Shown: positions 37,119 to 47,328 of the stretch, in pieces
Position numbering within the stretch: position 1 is the stretch's first letter
How the letters are laid out: each line of letters begins with the position of its first letter
Assembly: GCF_051858995.1 (NCBI RefSeq)
Contig: NZ_JBHYGN010000014.1
Coordinates: forward strand, 12,468 to 76,467
DNA length: 64,000 nt
Direction of reading: 5' to 3'
Origin: Brevundimonas sp.
GTDB taxonomy: Bacteria > Pseudomonadota > Alphaproteobacteria > Caulobacterales > Caulobacteraceae
Notes under the pieces: generated by a model
What the model saw: the letters and a program-made list of their open reading frames with translations, nothing else
The model's database searches: none
What the model was told of the DNA's origin: nothing
Made by a program: the position numbers and the translations under genes

Positions 37119-38541
37119 ATTGCTGCCGGTAAGTCTGGACGATGCGCTGAGCGACGATGTTCAGCAGCAGGGTCACGAGGAACAGGGTCAGACCGAGACC
37201 GAAGGCCGACAGCGTCTTGGGGCTGTTGAACTCCTGGTCGCCGGTCAGAAGGGTGACGATCTGGACGGTGACGGTGGTCACGGTCTCGAGCGGGTTGAGC
37301 GTCAGGCGGGCGGCAAGGCCGGCGGCCATGGTGACGATCATGGTCTCGCCGATGGCCCGCGACATGGCCAGCAGCATGGCGCCGGCGACGCCGGGCAGGG
37401 CGGCGGGCAGCAGCACGCGCTTCACCGTCTCGGACTTGGTCGCGCCCATGGCGTAGGAGCCGTCGCGCAGCGTCTGGGGCACGGCGTTGATGATGTCGTC
37501 CGACAGGGAGCTGACGAATGGGATCAGCATGATGCCCATGACGCCGCCGGCGACGAGGGCCATCTGGTTCTGGACCAGCATCAGATACTGGCCGAGGCCA
37601 TCCAGCGGTCCGCCGACGAACCAGCTGCCGATGGTGTTGAAGAAGACCCGCATGAAGGGGCCGACGGTCAGGGCGGCGAAGAAGCCGTAGACGACGGTCG
37701 GGACGCCCGCGAGGATTTCGAGGATCGGCTTGACCGTCGCGCGGAAGGTCGGCCCGGCGTACTCGGACAGGTAGATGGCCGAGAACAGACCGACCGGGGC
37801 GGCGACCGCCATGGCGATGATCATGATCAGGAAGGTGCCGGCGAAGAGCGGCAGGGCCCCGAAGGCGCCGGAGGACCCGACCTGATCGGCGCGGATGGCC
37901 GTCTGCGGACTCCATTGGGTTCCGAACAGGAACTCGGTGACCGGCACCGAGGAGAAGAAGCGGAAGGAGTCGTAGACCAGCGAGGCGACGATGCCGACGG
38001 TGGTCAGGACGGCCACGGCCGAACAGGCGAACAGGGCGCCGACGATCCAGCCTTCGACCCGGTTGCGGGCGCGCATCTGGGGGCGGATCTGGCTGAAGAC
38101 GAACAGGGCGCCGAGCAGGGCGGCCAGGGCGGCGCCGACGATGCCGGCGAGGCTCAGCATGGTCTCGATGCGGGCGGCGCGACGGCCCTCGGCGGGGAGG
38201 AGCTCGGCGTAGGGGGCAGCCCAGATCTGCATGGTCGGCTGGCCCGCGCCGACGGCATGGGCGTCGGCGTAGAAGGCCTGGCGACGGAAGGGCTCAAGCT
38301 GCTGCACGGCCTCCGGCGCGCCCGAGGCCATCAGCTGGTGCTGGACGGGGCCGGCGAAGATGGAGGCGGCGAGCAGGACGACGAGCGCCGGAATGGCGGT
38401 CCAGATCAGGGCGTAGGCCCCGTGCTGGGCCGGGCGCGAATGGGCCTTGGCGCCCTGCGCGCGACGAGCCGCCAGCTTGCGCGCGCCAAAATAGGCGGCG
38501 ACGGCTGCGGCGATCAGGATCGGCAGAAAGAGCCAGGTCAT
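37111..38541 (-). CDS. pstC: Phosphate ABC transporter permease PstC
   Basis: YLSEY, EILAGVPTVVYG, SRAIGETM. Confidence 0.93.
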   Translation of the reverse strand: MTWLFLPILIAAAVAAYFGARKLAARRAQGAKAHSRPAQHGAYALIWTAIPALVVLLAASIFAGPVQHQLMASGAPEAVQQLEPFRRQAFYADAHAVGAGQPTMQIWAAPYAELLPAEGRRAARIETMLSLAGIVGAALAALLGALFVFSQIRPQMRARNRVEGWIVGALFACSAVAVLTTVGIVASLVYDSFRFFSSVPVTEFLFGTQWSPQTAIRADQVGSSGAFGALPLFAGTFLIMIIAMAVAAPVGLFSAIYLSEYAGPTFRATVKPILEILAGVPTVVYGFFAALTVGPFMRVFFNTIGSWFVGGPLDGLGQYLMLVQNQMALVAGGVMGIMLIPFVSSLSDDIINAVPQTLRDGSYAMGATKSETVKRVLLPAALPGVAGAMLLAMSRAIGETMIVTMAAGLAARLTLNPLETVTTVTVQIVTLLTGDQEFNSPKTLSAFGLGLTLFLVTLLLNIVAQRIVQTYRQQYD

Positions 38542-38624
38542 GGGGATCCGGGAGGGAGAATCGGAACGTTCCCGGTCACCCGGTTCGCCCGCGCCGGAAA
38601 CTGCCCCGGAATGGTCAGCGGATT

Positions 38625-38642
38625 ACGACGGCTACGTGACAG
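38625..38642 (-). promoter_or_regulatory. Pho box upstream of pstC
   Basis: CTGTCAC-GTAG-CCGTCGT on the minus strand, two half-sites 11 bp apart, in the phoR-pstC gap. Confidence 0.6.
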
Positions 38643-38678
38643 TTCTGTTACGTCGCAAGGCCCATTGTCGCGGGGGCG

Positions 38679-40091
38679 TCACGCCGCCGTTTTCTCGACC
38701 TTCCGGGCGATGGGGAAGTAGGCCGTGAAGACGGCGCCCTGTCCCGGCGCGCTTTCAACCGTCAGGCCGCCGCGGTGGCGATTGACGATGTGTTTGACGA
38801 TGGCGAGGCCCAGGCCCGTGCCCTGCCGTTCGCCGCTCTTCTGGCCCTCGACCCGATAGAAGCGCTCGGTCAGGCGGGGCAGGTGTTCGCGGGCCATGCC
38901 GGGGCCGTGGTCGCGCACGGTGATGGCGGCGTAGCGGTTGCCCGGCTCTCGATCAGGCGTGACCAGTGGCAGGCGGGTGATCCCGCCCTCGCGATTGCCG
39001 CCCGACCAGGGGGCTGCGGCTTCGTCCAGGGAGACGTCCGGGCGGATGACGATGTCCACCGTGTCGCCGGAGGGGGAGTATTTGATGGCGTTGTCGACGA
39101 GGTTCTGGACCACCTGAACGATCTCGTCGCGGTCGCCGTGAACGGGGGCGGAGAGGTCGCGGTCGTCCAGACGCACGGTCACCGACCGCTCTGCGGACAG
39201 GATGCTGACGGCGTCCATGACGTCCACGGTGGCGCGGGCCAGATCGACGCGGCCGGACGGCGGGACGTGCTCGTTCAGCTCGATGCGGCTGAGCGACAGC
39301 AGGTCGGCGACCAGACGGCTCATGCGGTCGGCCTGCACGGCCATGATGTCGAGGAAGCGATCGCGCGCCTTGGGATCGTCCTTGGCGTGGCCCTTGAGCG
39401 TCTCGATGAAGCCGGCCAGCGAGGCCAGCGGCGTCTTCAGCTCGTGCGAGGCGTTGGCCAGGAAGTCGACGCGCATCAGCTCCATGCGGCGGACATCGGT
39501 CTCGTCGCGCAGGACCAGCAGGGCCAGGGTGGCGCCTTCACCGGGCGTGGGCAGGGGGCGGGTCAGGGCGCGCCAGTGACGGGTCTGGGCGCCGACGCCG
39601 GAATAGTCGGTGGTGCGGGCGACGCCGCCGAACAGGGCCTCGTCCACCGCCTCCAGCACCGTGGGTTCACGCACGGCGGAGACCAGGAGGGCGCCCTCGC
39701 GCTGGATGCGGAACAGCTCACGCGCGGCGCCGTTGGCCAGGACGACGCGGCGGCCCGCGATGTCGTCAGCCTCGCCGCCCGAGACGACCAGCACCGGATC
39801 GGCCAGGGCTTCGAAAGCGCTGTCGAGCAGCCGCTGGTCGGCGGCGGGCCAGGGCAGGGGTTCGGCCGCCTGGGCGGCCTCGGTGCTGAGGGTCGGACGA
39901 GGGCGACGGTTCACGGCCCAGGTGAAGACCCCCACCAGAAGCGCGGCGCCGATCAGCCAATGCGCGATCTCCTGATGGAAGACCGCCAGCGTCAGCAGCA
40001 CGACCGCCGACACGCCCGCGCTGGCGCCCACCGTCCAGAGGCGGGAGGCCGCGGACGGGGCGACGGGAGACTGGGCGGCTTCGTAAGGCAT
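38679..40091 (-). CDS. phoR: Phosphate regulon sensor kinase PhoR
   Basis: 2 TM, PAS-like domain, DFLANASHELKTPL, NLVDNAIKY, ERFYRV, GTGLGLAIVKH. Confidence 0.9.
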   Translation of the reverse strand: MPYEAAQSPVAPSAASRLWTVGASAGVSAVVLLTLAVFHQEIAHWLIGAALLVGVFTWAVNRRPRPTLSTEAAQAAEPLPWPAADQRLLDSAFEALADPVLVVSGGEADDIAGRRVVLANGAARELFRIQREGALLVSAVREPTVLEAVDEALFGGVARTTDYSGVGAQTRHWRALTRPLPTPGEGATLALLVLRDETDVRRMELMRVDFLANASHELKTPLASLAGFIETLKGHAKDDPKARDRFLDIMAVQADRMSRLVADLLSLSRIELNEHVPPSGRVDLARATVDVMDAVSILSAERSVTVRLDDRDLSAPVHGDRDEIVQVVQNLVDNAIKYSPSGDTVDIVIRPDVSLDEAAAPWSGGNREGGITRLPLVTPDREPGNRYAAITVRDHGPGMAREHLPRLTERFYRVEGQKSGERQGTGLGLAIVKHIVNRHRGGLTVESAPGQGAVFTAYFPIARKVEKTAA

Positions 40092-40244
40092 AGCGCTTCC
40101 ACTGGAGCGTGCGCTCGGGGGCGACTCGCTATGCACGACCATGACATGGAATTCATGACAATCGATCCGCGAAAGGCACGGACTCGGGTTGTCAAACGTC
40201 CTTTACACTTCTAGGATTCCCTTCTGTTTGTTGGAGGGGGCTTG

Positions 40245-41207
40245 ATGACAACGGCATTGACGCTGGAAGGCGTGAGCAAGCGATACGGCGAGTTTCAGGC
40301 CGTGCGCGATCTCAGCTTCGAGGTGCCCAAGGGCTCGATCTGCGGGTTCCTGGGGCCGAACGGAGCGGGCAAGACCTCGACCCTGCGCATGATCCTGGGC
40401 CTGCAGCCGGCGACGGCGGGGCGGATCACCATTCTGGGCGCCGATGACGGGCGAAAGGTGCGTGACCGGATCGGCTTCCTCCCGGAGGAGCGCGGCCTCT
40501 ACAAGAAGATGACGCCGGTGGACGCCATCGCCTTCTTCGGCTCGCTGAAGGGCCTGCCGCTCAGCGAGGGCCGCAAACGCGCCAAGGAGATGCTGGATGC
40601 CCAAGGGCTGGGCGCCTCCAAGCGCAAGAAGATGAAGGAGCTGTCCAAGGGTATGGCCCAGAAGGTCCAGCTTATTTCATCTGTCGTGCACCGGCCCGAG
40701 TTCGTGATCCTGGACGAGCCCTTCTCCGGGCTGGACCCGGTGAACCAGCAGGGGCTGGAGCAGATGATCCGCGGGCTGGCCGCCGACGGCGCCACCGTCC
40801 TGTTCTCAACCCATGTGATGCAGCACGCCGAGCGGCTGTGCGACAAGGTCGTGCTGCTGGCGCGGGGCCGGAAGGCCTTCGAGGGCACCATCGCCGAGGC
40901 GCGCGCGACCTCGCGGCGCTTCCTTGAGCTGGAAGGCGAGATCGCTCCGGATCAGGCCGAGCGCCTGCCGGGGGTGACGACGGTGGAGGTCGTCTCCGAT
41001 CAGGATGGGGTGCGGGTGCTGAAGGCCGCGATGGCCCCAGGCGCGCATGGGCAGGAGGCCCTGAAGGCCGCCTTCCTGACCGGTCTGGACGTGCGCCGTT
41101 TCGAACTGCGTGAGCCGACCCTGCATGACGCCTTCATCGACCTGACCGGGGATCGCCCCGATGTCGACCAGTCCGTGAAGCCGACCGCCGTGGAGGCCGC
41201 CCGATGA
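40245..41207 (+). CDS. ABC-2 exporter ATP-binding protein (NatA-like)
   Basis: GPNGAGKT, LPEERGLY, LSKGMAQK, LDEPFSGLDP. Confidence 0.9.
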   Translation: MTTALTLEGVSKRYGEFQAVRDLSFEVPKGSICGFLGPNGAGKTSTLRMILGLQPATAGRITILGADDGRKVRDRIGFLPEERGLYKKMTPVDAIAFFGSLKGLPLSEGRKRAKEMLDAQGLGASKRKKMKELSKGMAQKVQLISSVVHRPEFVILDEPFSGLDPVNQQGLEQMIRGLAADGATVLFSTHVMQHAERLCDKVVLLARGRKAFEGTIAEARATSRRFLELEGEIAPDQAERLPGVTTVEVVSDQDGVRVLKAAMAPGAHGQEALKAAFLTGLDVRRFELREPTLHDAFIDLTGDRPDVDQSVKPTAVEAAR

Positions 41208-42598
41208 GCCGTATGTTCCTGATCGCGCGGCGTGAGTACGCCGCATACGCCATGACCGTCGGCTTCTGGCTTTCGATGCTGGCCTTCCCGATCTTCGCGG
41301 TGCTGGGCGGCGTCGTCCCGGCGCTGATCAAGTCGTCCGAGCCCGTGCGCGAGGTGGTGGTGATCGAGGATGGGGCGCAGGCCGCCGGCCTGGCCGCCTC
41401 CATCCAGGATTCGCTGCGCCGTGACGCCGAACGCCAGCGCGAACGGACCGAAGAGGCCCTGAAGAAGGCCTCGGCCGCCAGCGGCGGCGCGGCCAATCCG
41501 GCGGCGGCGCAGGGGGCCATGGCCTCGCTGTCGCGTCCGACTCTGAAGATCGTGCCGACGCCCGCCGACATCGCCTCGGCCGCGCCGGGACAGGCGCAGG
41601 ACGCCGCCGTGCGTCGTCACCTGACCGACGAGACGCCCAAGGACCAGCGACTGGACGCCGTGGTCTTCCTGACCCGCGATCAGAATGGCAAGCCCGCCGC
41701 CCGGGTGTGGAGCGCCCGCGCCACCGACGACACGGTCGAGGACTTCGTTCGCGACGCGCTGCGCTCGGCCAACCGCAAGACGGTGTTCGAGGGCGCCGGC
41801 ATCGACGGCGCCGTTGTCGAGGCGGCCGAGAAGTTCCGCCCCGAGGTGAAGGCCTTCTCGCCCCAATCGACCGGCGATGGGGCGGTCTCGTTCCGTGACA
41901 AGCTGCCGATGCTGATCGGGCTGGGCGGGGGCTTCCTGCTGTGGTCGCTCATCATCACCGGCGCCTCGATCCTGCTGAACAGCGTGATGGAGGAGAAGTC
42001 GAACAAGATCCTCGAGGTCCTGCTGTCCTCGGCGTCGACGACGGAAATCCTGACCGGCAAGGTGCTGGGCGTGGCCCTGCTGACCCTGACCATGCTGGTG
42101 GCGTGGGGCGGGCTGGGCGTGGGCGCCCTGGCGGCCTTCCAGCCGAAATACGCGGTCATGGTGGCCGATCTGCTGTGGCAGGGCGGCCTGCTGGCCTGGT
42201 TCGTGGCCTTCATGGTCGGCGGCTATCTGATGTACGCGGTGCTGTTCGCGGCCATCGGCGCCTTCTGCGAGACGCCGCGTGACGCCCAGACCCTGATGGG
42301 GCCGATCATGATGGTGCTGGTGGTGCCGATCATGATCATGACGATGACCCTGAAGTCGCCGGACGCGCCGCTGATCCAGATCCTGTCCTGGGTGCCCTTC
42401 TTCACGCCCTTCCTGATGATGGCGCGGCTGCATTCCGATGTGCCCGTGATCGAACTGGTCGGGGCCATGGCCGGGATGTTCGCCTTCGCTCTGCTGATGG
42501 TCTGGGTCTCGGGCCGCGCCTTCCGCGCCGGCGCCCTGTCGGACGTGAAGCTGAGCTGGAAGAGCTTCGCCGGCGCGATCCGGGGCGGGGGGAACTAG
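41204..42598 (+). CDS. ABC-2 exporter permease (NatB-like)
   Basis: IARREY, EEKSNKILEVLLSS, GKVLG; ATGA-coupled to the ATPase. Confidence 0.88.
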   Translation: MSRMFLIARREYAAYAMTVGFWLSMLAFPIFAVLGGVVPALIKSSEPVREVVVIEDGAQAAGLAASIQDSLRRDAERQRERTEEALKKASAASGGAANPAAAQGAMASLSRPTLKIVPTPADIASAAPGQAQDAAVRRHLTDETPKDQRLDAVVFLTRDQNGKPAARVWSARATDDTVEDFVRDALRSANRKTVFEGAGIDGAVVEAAEKFRPEVKAFSPQSTGDGAVSFRDKLPMLIGLGGGFLLWSLIITGASILLNSVMEEKSNKILEVLLSSASTTEILTGKVLGVALLTLTMLVAWGGLGVGALAAFQPKYAVMVADLLWQGGLLAWFVAFMVGGYLMYAVLFAAIGAFCETPRDAQTLMGPIMMVLVVPIMIMTMTLKSPDAPLIQILSWVPFFTPFLMMARLHSDVPVIELVGAMAGMFAFALLMVWVSGRAFRAGALSDVKLSWKSFAGAIRGGGN

Positions 42599-42611
42599 CG
42601 TCCCACGGTCA

Positions 42612-42810
42612 CCTCTCCATTCGCCCTCAAGCGAATGGAGAGGACAGACCGGCGCGTCAGCGACGGTCAGGTGAGGGCGGCTCGGTCCCTGGCAGAAGGA
42701 ACCTCGAACACCGGTGACGGCGGGCCGACGGCCACCGCCTGCGCCGCCCCCTCCTGATCGTCGCTCGCGCTCCGATCTGTCCTCCCCATCGCCTTGGGGC
42801 GATAGGGGGT
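42612..42810. repeat. REPIN/CIR-like inverted doublet of ~65-nt units
   Basis: Arm 42612-42680 is homologous to the reverse complement of 42745-42810; each arm carries its own hairpin. Confidence 0.65.
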
Positions 42811-42816
42811 GAATTG

Positions 42817-42854
42817 AAAAAGGGCCGCTCCAGTGGAGCGGCCCTTTGATCTTT
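42817..42854. terminator. Bidirectional intrinsic terminator at the rpsU 3' end
   Basis: Perfect 13-bp stem AAAGGGCCGCTCC/GGAGCGGCCCTTT with A and T tails. Confidence 0.8.
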
Positions 42855-42872
42855 CAGCCTTGCGGCAGGGTC

Positions 42873-43115
42873 TTAACGACCGCCCGGCGTGCGGGGCTTC
42901 GGAGCCGGCAGCAGGCCTTCGCGCTGGGCGCGCTTGCGGGCGAGCTTGCGGGCGCGACGGACGGCTTCAGCCTTCTGGCGAGCGCGCTTTTCCGACGGCT
43001 TTTCGTAATGCACGTGACGCTTCATTTCGCGGAAGCTGCCTTCGCGCTGCATCTTCTTCTTCAGGGCCTTGAGGGCCTGATCGACGTTGTTGTCGCGGAC
43101 GAAAATCTGAACCAG
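42873..43115 (-). CDS. rpsU: 30S ribosomal protein bS21, probable CTG start
   Basis: [25 protein letters not shown]...YEKPS; AAAGGAGA RBS 7 nt before CTG. Confidence 0.93.
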   Translation of the reverse strand: MVQIFVRDNNVDQALKALKKKMQREGSFREMKRHVHYEKPSEKRARQKAEAVRRARKLARKRAQREGLLPAPKPRTPGGR

Positions 43116-43304
43116 GTGAAACTCTCCTTTGGCCGCCCGCCGCGTCCTGTGAGGGAGACGGGCAGACAAATAAAATTCTTGCTCCCGAACCGAGGGGTTC
43201 GCGAGGGAAGGCGGGCAGATACACGAGCCCACCCGGTCTGTCCAGATCGTCGCGGTACATTGTGAAGGCTCGAAACGCCCGCGCGACGGGCTTATGATGC
43301 GCCC

Positions 43305-43994
43305 ATGACCGACGCGCCACACCTGTCGAACGAAGACCCCGCCGGATCGGCCTCCGGGGGCGACTGGGCGGACCGGATGGAGCAGTCCGTGCTGGACGCC
43401 GCCATCGCCCGCGCGCCCGCCCTGGGCTGGAACGCCCGGCTGGTGCGAGCCGCCTGCGCCGACAACGGCCTGTCGCTCGGGGACGAGGAATTGCTGCTGC
43501 CCAACGGCGCGCGCGATCTGGCGGCCCTGCTGTCGCGCCGTCACGATGATCAGGCCATGGCGGCGCTGGGAGAGGTCGAGGCGACGTCGCTGAAGATTCG
43601 CGAGCGAATCGCCCGCGCCCTGTCCGCGCGACTCGAGGCCGGGGCCGCCGATCTGGAAGCGTCGAGGAAATGCGCCGCCTTCCTGGCCCTGCCGGTCAAC
43701 GCCGATCTGGGGCTGAAGCTGGCCTGGGAGAGCGCCGACCTGCTGTGGAACTGGGCCGGGGACACGGCCACGGACTGGAACCACTATTCCAAGCGGGCGA
43801 TCCTGTCGGGCATTTTGGTCCCGGCGCTGACGATGCGCCTGTTCGACGGTCAGGACCGCGCCGAAGCCTTCGTCGCCGCCCGCATCGAGAACGTCATGAG
43901 CTTCGAGAAGTGGAAGGCCGGCAAGGATTTCGACGCGCCGCTGCGGAAGGTGGCCGATGCGCTGAGCCGGATGCGGTACGGGGCGAAGGTCTAA
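43305..43994 (+). CDS. COQ9 family (rpsU-divergently transcribed) ubiquinone biosynthesis protein
   Basis: [27 protein letters not shown]; divergent from rpsU. Confidence 0.85.
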   Translation: MTDAPHLSNEDPAGSASGGDWADRMEQSVLDAAIARAPALGWNARLVRAACADNGLSLGDEELLLPNGARDLAALLSRRHDDQAMAALGEVEATSLKIRERIARALSARLEAGAADLEASRKCAAFLALPVNADLGLKLAWESADLLWNWAGDTATDWNHYSKRAILSGILVPALTMRLFDGQDRAEAFVAARIENVMSFEKWKAGKDFDAPLRKVADALSRMRYGAKV

Positions 43995-44000
43995 GATTGA

Positions 44001-44023
44001 TCCCTCTCCCAATGGGAGAGGGA
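44001..44023. repeat. REP-like palindrome between convergent genes
   Basis: TCCCTCTCCC-AAT-GGGAGAGGGA, perfect 10-bp stem. Confidence 0.55.
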
Positions 44024-44028
44024 GGCTG

Positions 44029-45108
44029 TCACAGCTTCGACACCCGGTTCACATGCGCCATCTTCCGGCCCGGGCGGGCTTCCGCCTTGCCGTAGAGGTG
44101 CAGGCGCACGTCAGGCTCTGCGGCCAGAGTCGTCCACTGCTCCACCTCGTCGCCCAGCAGGTTGGTCATCTCGACGCGGGCGTGGGGCTCGGTGGGGCCC
44201 AGAGGCCAGCCGGCGAGGGCGCGGATATGCTGTTCGAATTGGTCGCAGACGCAGCCGTCCTGGGTCCAGTGGCCGGTGTTGTGGACGCGGGGCGCGATCT
44301 CGTTGACCAGCAGCTTGCCCTTGCCGAGGTCGAACAGCTCGACCCCCAGCACGCCGACATAGTCGAGGCCGTTCAGGATGGCGGCGGCGATCTCGCGGGC
44401 GCGGGCGTCGGTCTTCTTGTCCACCTTGGCCGGGGCGAGGGTGGTGCGCAGAACGCCGCCCTCGTGGATGTTCTCGCCCAGCGGATAGACGGCCACCTGA
44501 CCATCGCGGCCGCGCGCGGCGATGATGGACAGCTCGCGGGTGAAGTCGGCCCGGGCCTCGAGCACGGCGGGCTTGCCGCCGATGGCGTTCCAGGCGTCGG
44601 CGGCCTCGGAGACCGCGCGGACCCAGACCTGACCCTTGCCGTCATAGCCCTCGCGGCGGGTCTTGAGCAGGGCCGGGACGCCGAGGCGCTCCAGAGCGGC
44701 GACCAGATCGTCCACGCTGTCCACGGCGGCGAAGTCGACAGTGGTGGCGCCGACGCTGTTGAGGAAGGTCTTCTCGTCGACCCGGTCCTGCGCGACGGCG
44801 AGGGCGCGGGCACCCGGCGCGACCTGGGCGCCGCTGTCGACCAGGGTCTGGACCGAGGCGGCGGGGACGTTCTCGAATTCGAAGGTCACGGCCTGGGCGA
44901 CGCGGCCCAGCACGTTCAGGGCGGTGGGGTCGTCATAGGCGGCGATCACCTGACCCTGGGAGACGCGGCCCGCCGGGCTGTTCTCTTCCGGATCAAGGAT
45001 GACGACGTTGAAGCCGAGGCGCGAGGCGGCCTGGCTGAGCATGCGGCCCAACTGGCCGCCGCCGAGGATGCCGAGGGTCGAGCCGGGGGGGAGGGGCAGT
45101 TCGGCCAC
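44029..45108 (-). CDS. purK: N5-CAIR synthetase
   Basis: [43 protein letters not shown]. Confidence 0.95.
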   Translation of the reverse strand: MAELPLPPGSTLGILGGGQLGRMLSQAASRLGFNVVILDPEENSPAGRVSQGQVIAAYDDPTALNVLGRVAQAVTFEFENVPAASVQTLVDSGAQVAPGARALAVAQDRVDEKTFLNSVGATTVDFAAVDSVDDLVAALERLGVPALLKTRREGYDGKGQVWVRAVSEAADAWNAIGGKPAVLEARADFTRELSIIAARGRDGQVAVYPLGENIHEGGVLRTTLAPAKVDKKTDARAREIAAAILNGLDYVGVLGVELFDLGKGKLLVNEIAPRVHNTGHWTQDGCVCDQFEQHIRALAGWPLGPTEPHARVEMTNLLGDEVEQWTTLAAEPDVRLHLYGKAEARPGRKMAHVNRVSKL

Positions 45109-45600
45109 TCAGTCCTCGACCGTTTCGAGCACGGAGGCGGTCTGGGCGTCGCGGTAGGCGGTGAGGCGATCCATCAGGGCTGCATCGTTCAGGGCCAGAA
45201 TTTGCGCCGCCAGCAGGCCCGCGTTCTTCGCGCCCGCCTCGCCGATGGCCAGGGTGGCGACGGGGACGCCGCCCGGCATCTGGACGATGGAGAGGAGGCT
45301 ATCGAGACCCTTGAGCGCCTTGGACTGGACCGGCACGCCGAGGACCGGCAATTCGGTCATGGAGGCGGCCATGCCGGGCAGGTGGGCCGCGCCGCCGGCG
45401 CCGGCGATGATGACCTTGAAGCCCGCGGCGCGCGCGCCGGTCGAAAACTCGACGAGGCGTTGGGGCGTGCGGTGGGCGCTGACGACCTTGGCGTCCCAGG
45501 CCACGCCGAGCGCGTCGAGGGCGTCGGCGGCGTGCTTCATGGTCGGCCAGTCCGAGCGACTGCCCATGATGATCGCCACGGGCGGGGTTTGGGTCGCCAT
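45109..45600 (-). CDS. purE: N5-CAIR mutase
   Basis: [36 protein letters not shown]. Confidence 0.96.
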   Translation of the reverse strand: MATQTPPVAIIMGSRSDWPTMKHAADALDALGVAWDAKVVSAHRTPQRLVEFSTGARAAGFKVIIAGAGGAAHLPGMAASMTELPVLGVPVQSKALKGLDSLLSIVQMPGGVPVATLAIGEAGAKNAGLLAAQILALNDAALMDRLTAYRDAQTASVLETVED

Positions 45601-45722
45601 GGACGCACCTTTCTCGCGGAAAGCGGCGCGATACAGGACTCGCGTTGCGCCCGCAACCGACCGCGTTAGGCTTCGCAAGGACCGGACGTGGTGAGTCGCC
45701 GGTCGGAGAGCGCTTTTCCCTC

Positions 45723-46286
45723 GTGACCGACGCGGCCGTCATCGACCCCTACGCCGAGATCGAGCGCCTACGCGCCGAGCTTGAGACCCTGCGCCAGCGC
45801 GCCGAGGCGGCCGAGGCCGCCGCCGACCATGATGTGCTGACCCCCGCCCTGAACCGGCGCGGTTTCGTGGCGCAGATGAAGAGCGCCATGGCCTATTGCC
45901 AGCGTCACGAGACCCCGGCGGTGCTGCTGTATCTGGATCTGGACGGCTTCAAGGGCGTCAACGACCGGCTGGGCCATGCCGCCGGAGACGCGGCCCTGGT
46001 GCATGTCGCCGCCATGCTGAAGGCCAATCTGCGCGAGTCGGACGCGGTCGGACGGCTCGGCGGCGACGAGTTCGGCCTGCTTATGCTGAACGCCGGACTG
46101 GACGAGGGGCGCGAGAAGGCGCGGCGCTTGGCGGCGACGCTGGAGGCCGAGCCGTTCGAATACGAGGGCCAGGCCACCGGTCTGGGCGGCTCGTTCGGTG
46201 TCCGCGCCTATGCGGGACAGGCTGATCCGGAAATCTGGCTGGCTGAAGCCGACGCCGCCATGTGGGTGAGGAAGAAGGGTCGATAG
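45723..46286 (+). CDS. Stand-alone diguanylate cyclase with short N-terminal coiled coil
   Basis: [15 protein letters not shown], intact RxxD I-site (RESD); start uncertain. Confidence 0.85.
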   Translation: MTDAAVIDPYAEIERLRAELETLRQRAEAAEAAADHDVLTPALNRRGFVAQMKSAMAYCQRHETPAVLLYLDLDGFKGVNDRLGHAAGDAALVHVAAMLKANLRESDAVGRLGGDEFGLLMLNAGLDEGREKARRLAATLEAEPFEYEGQATGLGGSFGVRAYAGQADPEIWLAEADAAMWVRKKGR

Positions 46287-46334
46287 CTTCGCCTTTGAGG
46301 TATAACGTCAAGATCGAGACAACCTGGGGAGGGT

Positions 46335-47045
46335 GTGGTGTTCGGATCGAAACGTTCTTTTGGCGTTCTTTTTTCTGCGGCGGTTCTGAGCAGCGTCAGC
46401 GCTTGCGCTACGCCGAACTACAGCTATGTGCCGCAGGTCCAAGAGATCAGCCGACCGCCACTAAATGTGGTCTCGCGGGTGGGGGTGGGCGAGCAAATGC
46501 TGGTCCAGGGACGCTTCGAGGAGCGTGACGTTCTGCGTCTTGTGGAAGAGGTTCGGGTTGGGGCTCTAGGGGCCTACACTTTTTCTCCCGGTCACTATGT
46601 GAAAGTCGGGGAGCGTGACGGCGTCGGGTTCTACGCCGAAAGCCATGTTCCCGGCAGCGGTAGAGTGCAGGCGAACGCCCTCGCCGATCCGTTCCAGGTC
46701 ATTGAGTTCAATGCCGTGACGAAGCAGATTTGCGGTGTGACGGTCTTGAACCTCAAAGTTTGCCGCGCGGTGCCAAGTGCGACCACCGAGAGAATTCCCA
46801 TCCAAAGTGATAACTCGTTCCAGCAGACGCTAATTTATAGCGGCCGCGTGGGCGGGAAAATCAACATTGGATATCGAGAATTTTCAGCAAGTGTCGCTCG
46901 TCCAGCATTCAACAATGACGTTGAATACGATTTGAACGAGTCTCCAATGATTGGCTACATGGGGGCTCAGGTCGAGATCATCAAGGCGACCAACGAATAT
47001 ATCGAGTATAGAGTGATCCGAAACTTCAATCCGGCAACTCGATAA
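46335..47045 (+). CDS. Hypothetical lipoprotein with atypical composition
   Basis: Lipobox VSAC; C-terminal SFQQTLIYSG...GYREF...ARPAF...YDL; visibly AT-richer than flanks. Confidence 0.7.
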   Translation: MVFGSKRSFGVLFSAAVLSSVSACATPNYSYVPQVQEISRPPLNVVSRVGVGEQMLVQGRFEERDVLRLVEEVRVGALGAYTFSPGHYVKVGERDGVGFYAESHVPGSGRVQANALADPFQVIEFNAVTKQICGVTVLNLKVCRAVPSATTERIPIQSDNSFQQTLIYSGRVGGKINIGYREFSASVARPAFNNDVEYDLNESPMIGYMGAQVEIIKATNEYIEYRVIRNFNPATR

Positions 47046-47064
47046 GCGTTTCGTCAGTTCCCGC

Positions 47065-47289
47065 CTAGGCGATAATATCCGGCAATATCCGGGCTTCGAT
47101 CTTCACGATCTCGTCGCGCAGGGTCAGCTTCTTGCGTTTCAGGCGCGCGATCATGAGCTGATCCGGAATCGGCATGTGGCAGAGCGCTTCGATGGAGGCG
47201 TCGAGGTCGGCGTGCTCCTGCTGGAGTTCCTTGAGCCGTGCGTGCAGCGCCAGCTCTTCCTCGGAGAGAAACGGTTCGTCGTCGTTCAT
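47065..47289 (-). CDS. YdcH/DUF465 family protein
   Basis: EHADLD...LKRKKL.LRDEI. Confidence 0.85.
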   Translation of the reverse strand: MNDDEPFLSEEELALHARLKELQQEHADLDASIEALCHMPIPDQLMIARLKRKKLTLRDEIVKIEARILPDIIA

Positions 47290-47328
47290 ACTGGGGTCCC
47301 GGACCGGGCGGTTATAGCGCGCCGCCGG

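Noticed and set aside
40141-40162. ATGACA-N8-ATGACA in the phoR/ABC divergent region as a Pho box
   Set aside because: 14-bp period rather than the 11-bp period of Pho boxes; may still be an unrelated site
33599-40214. Long plus-strand ORFs over the pho/pst operon
   Set aside because: Antisense shadows with no independent evidence
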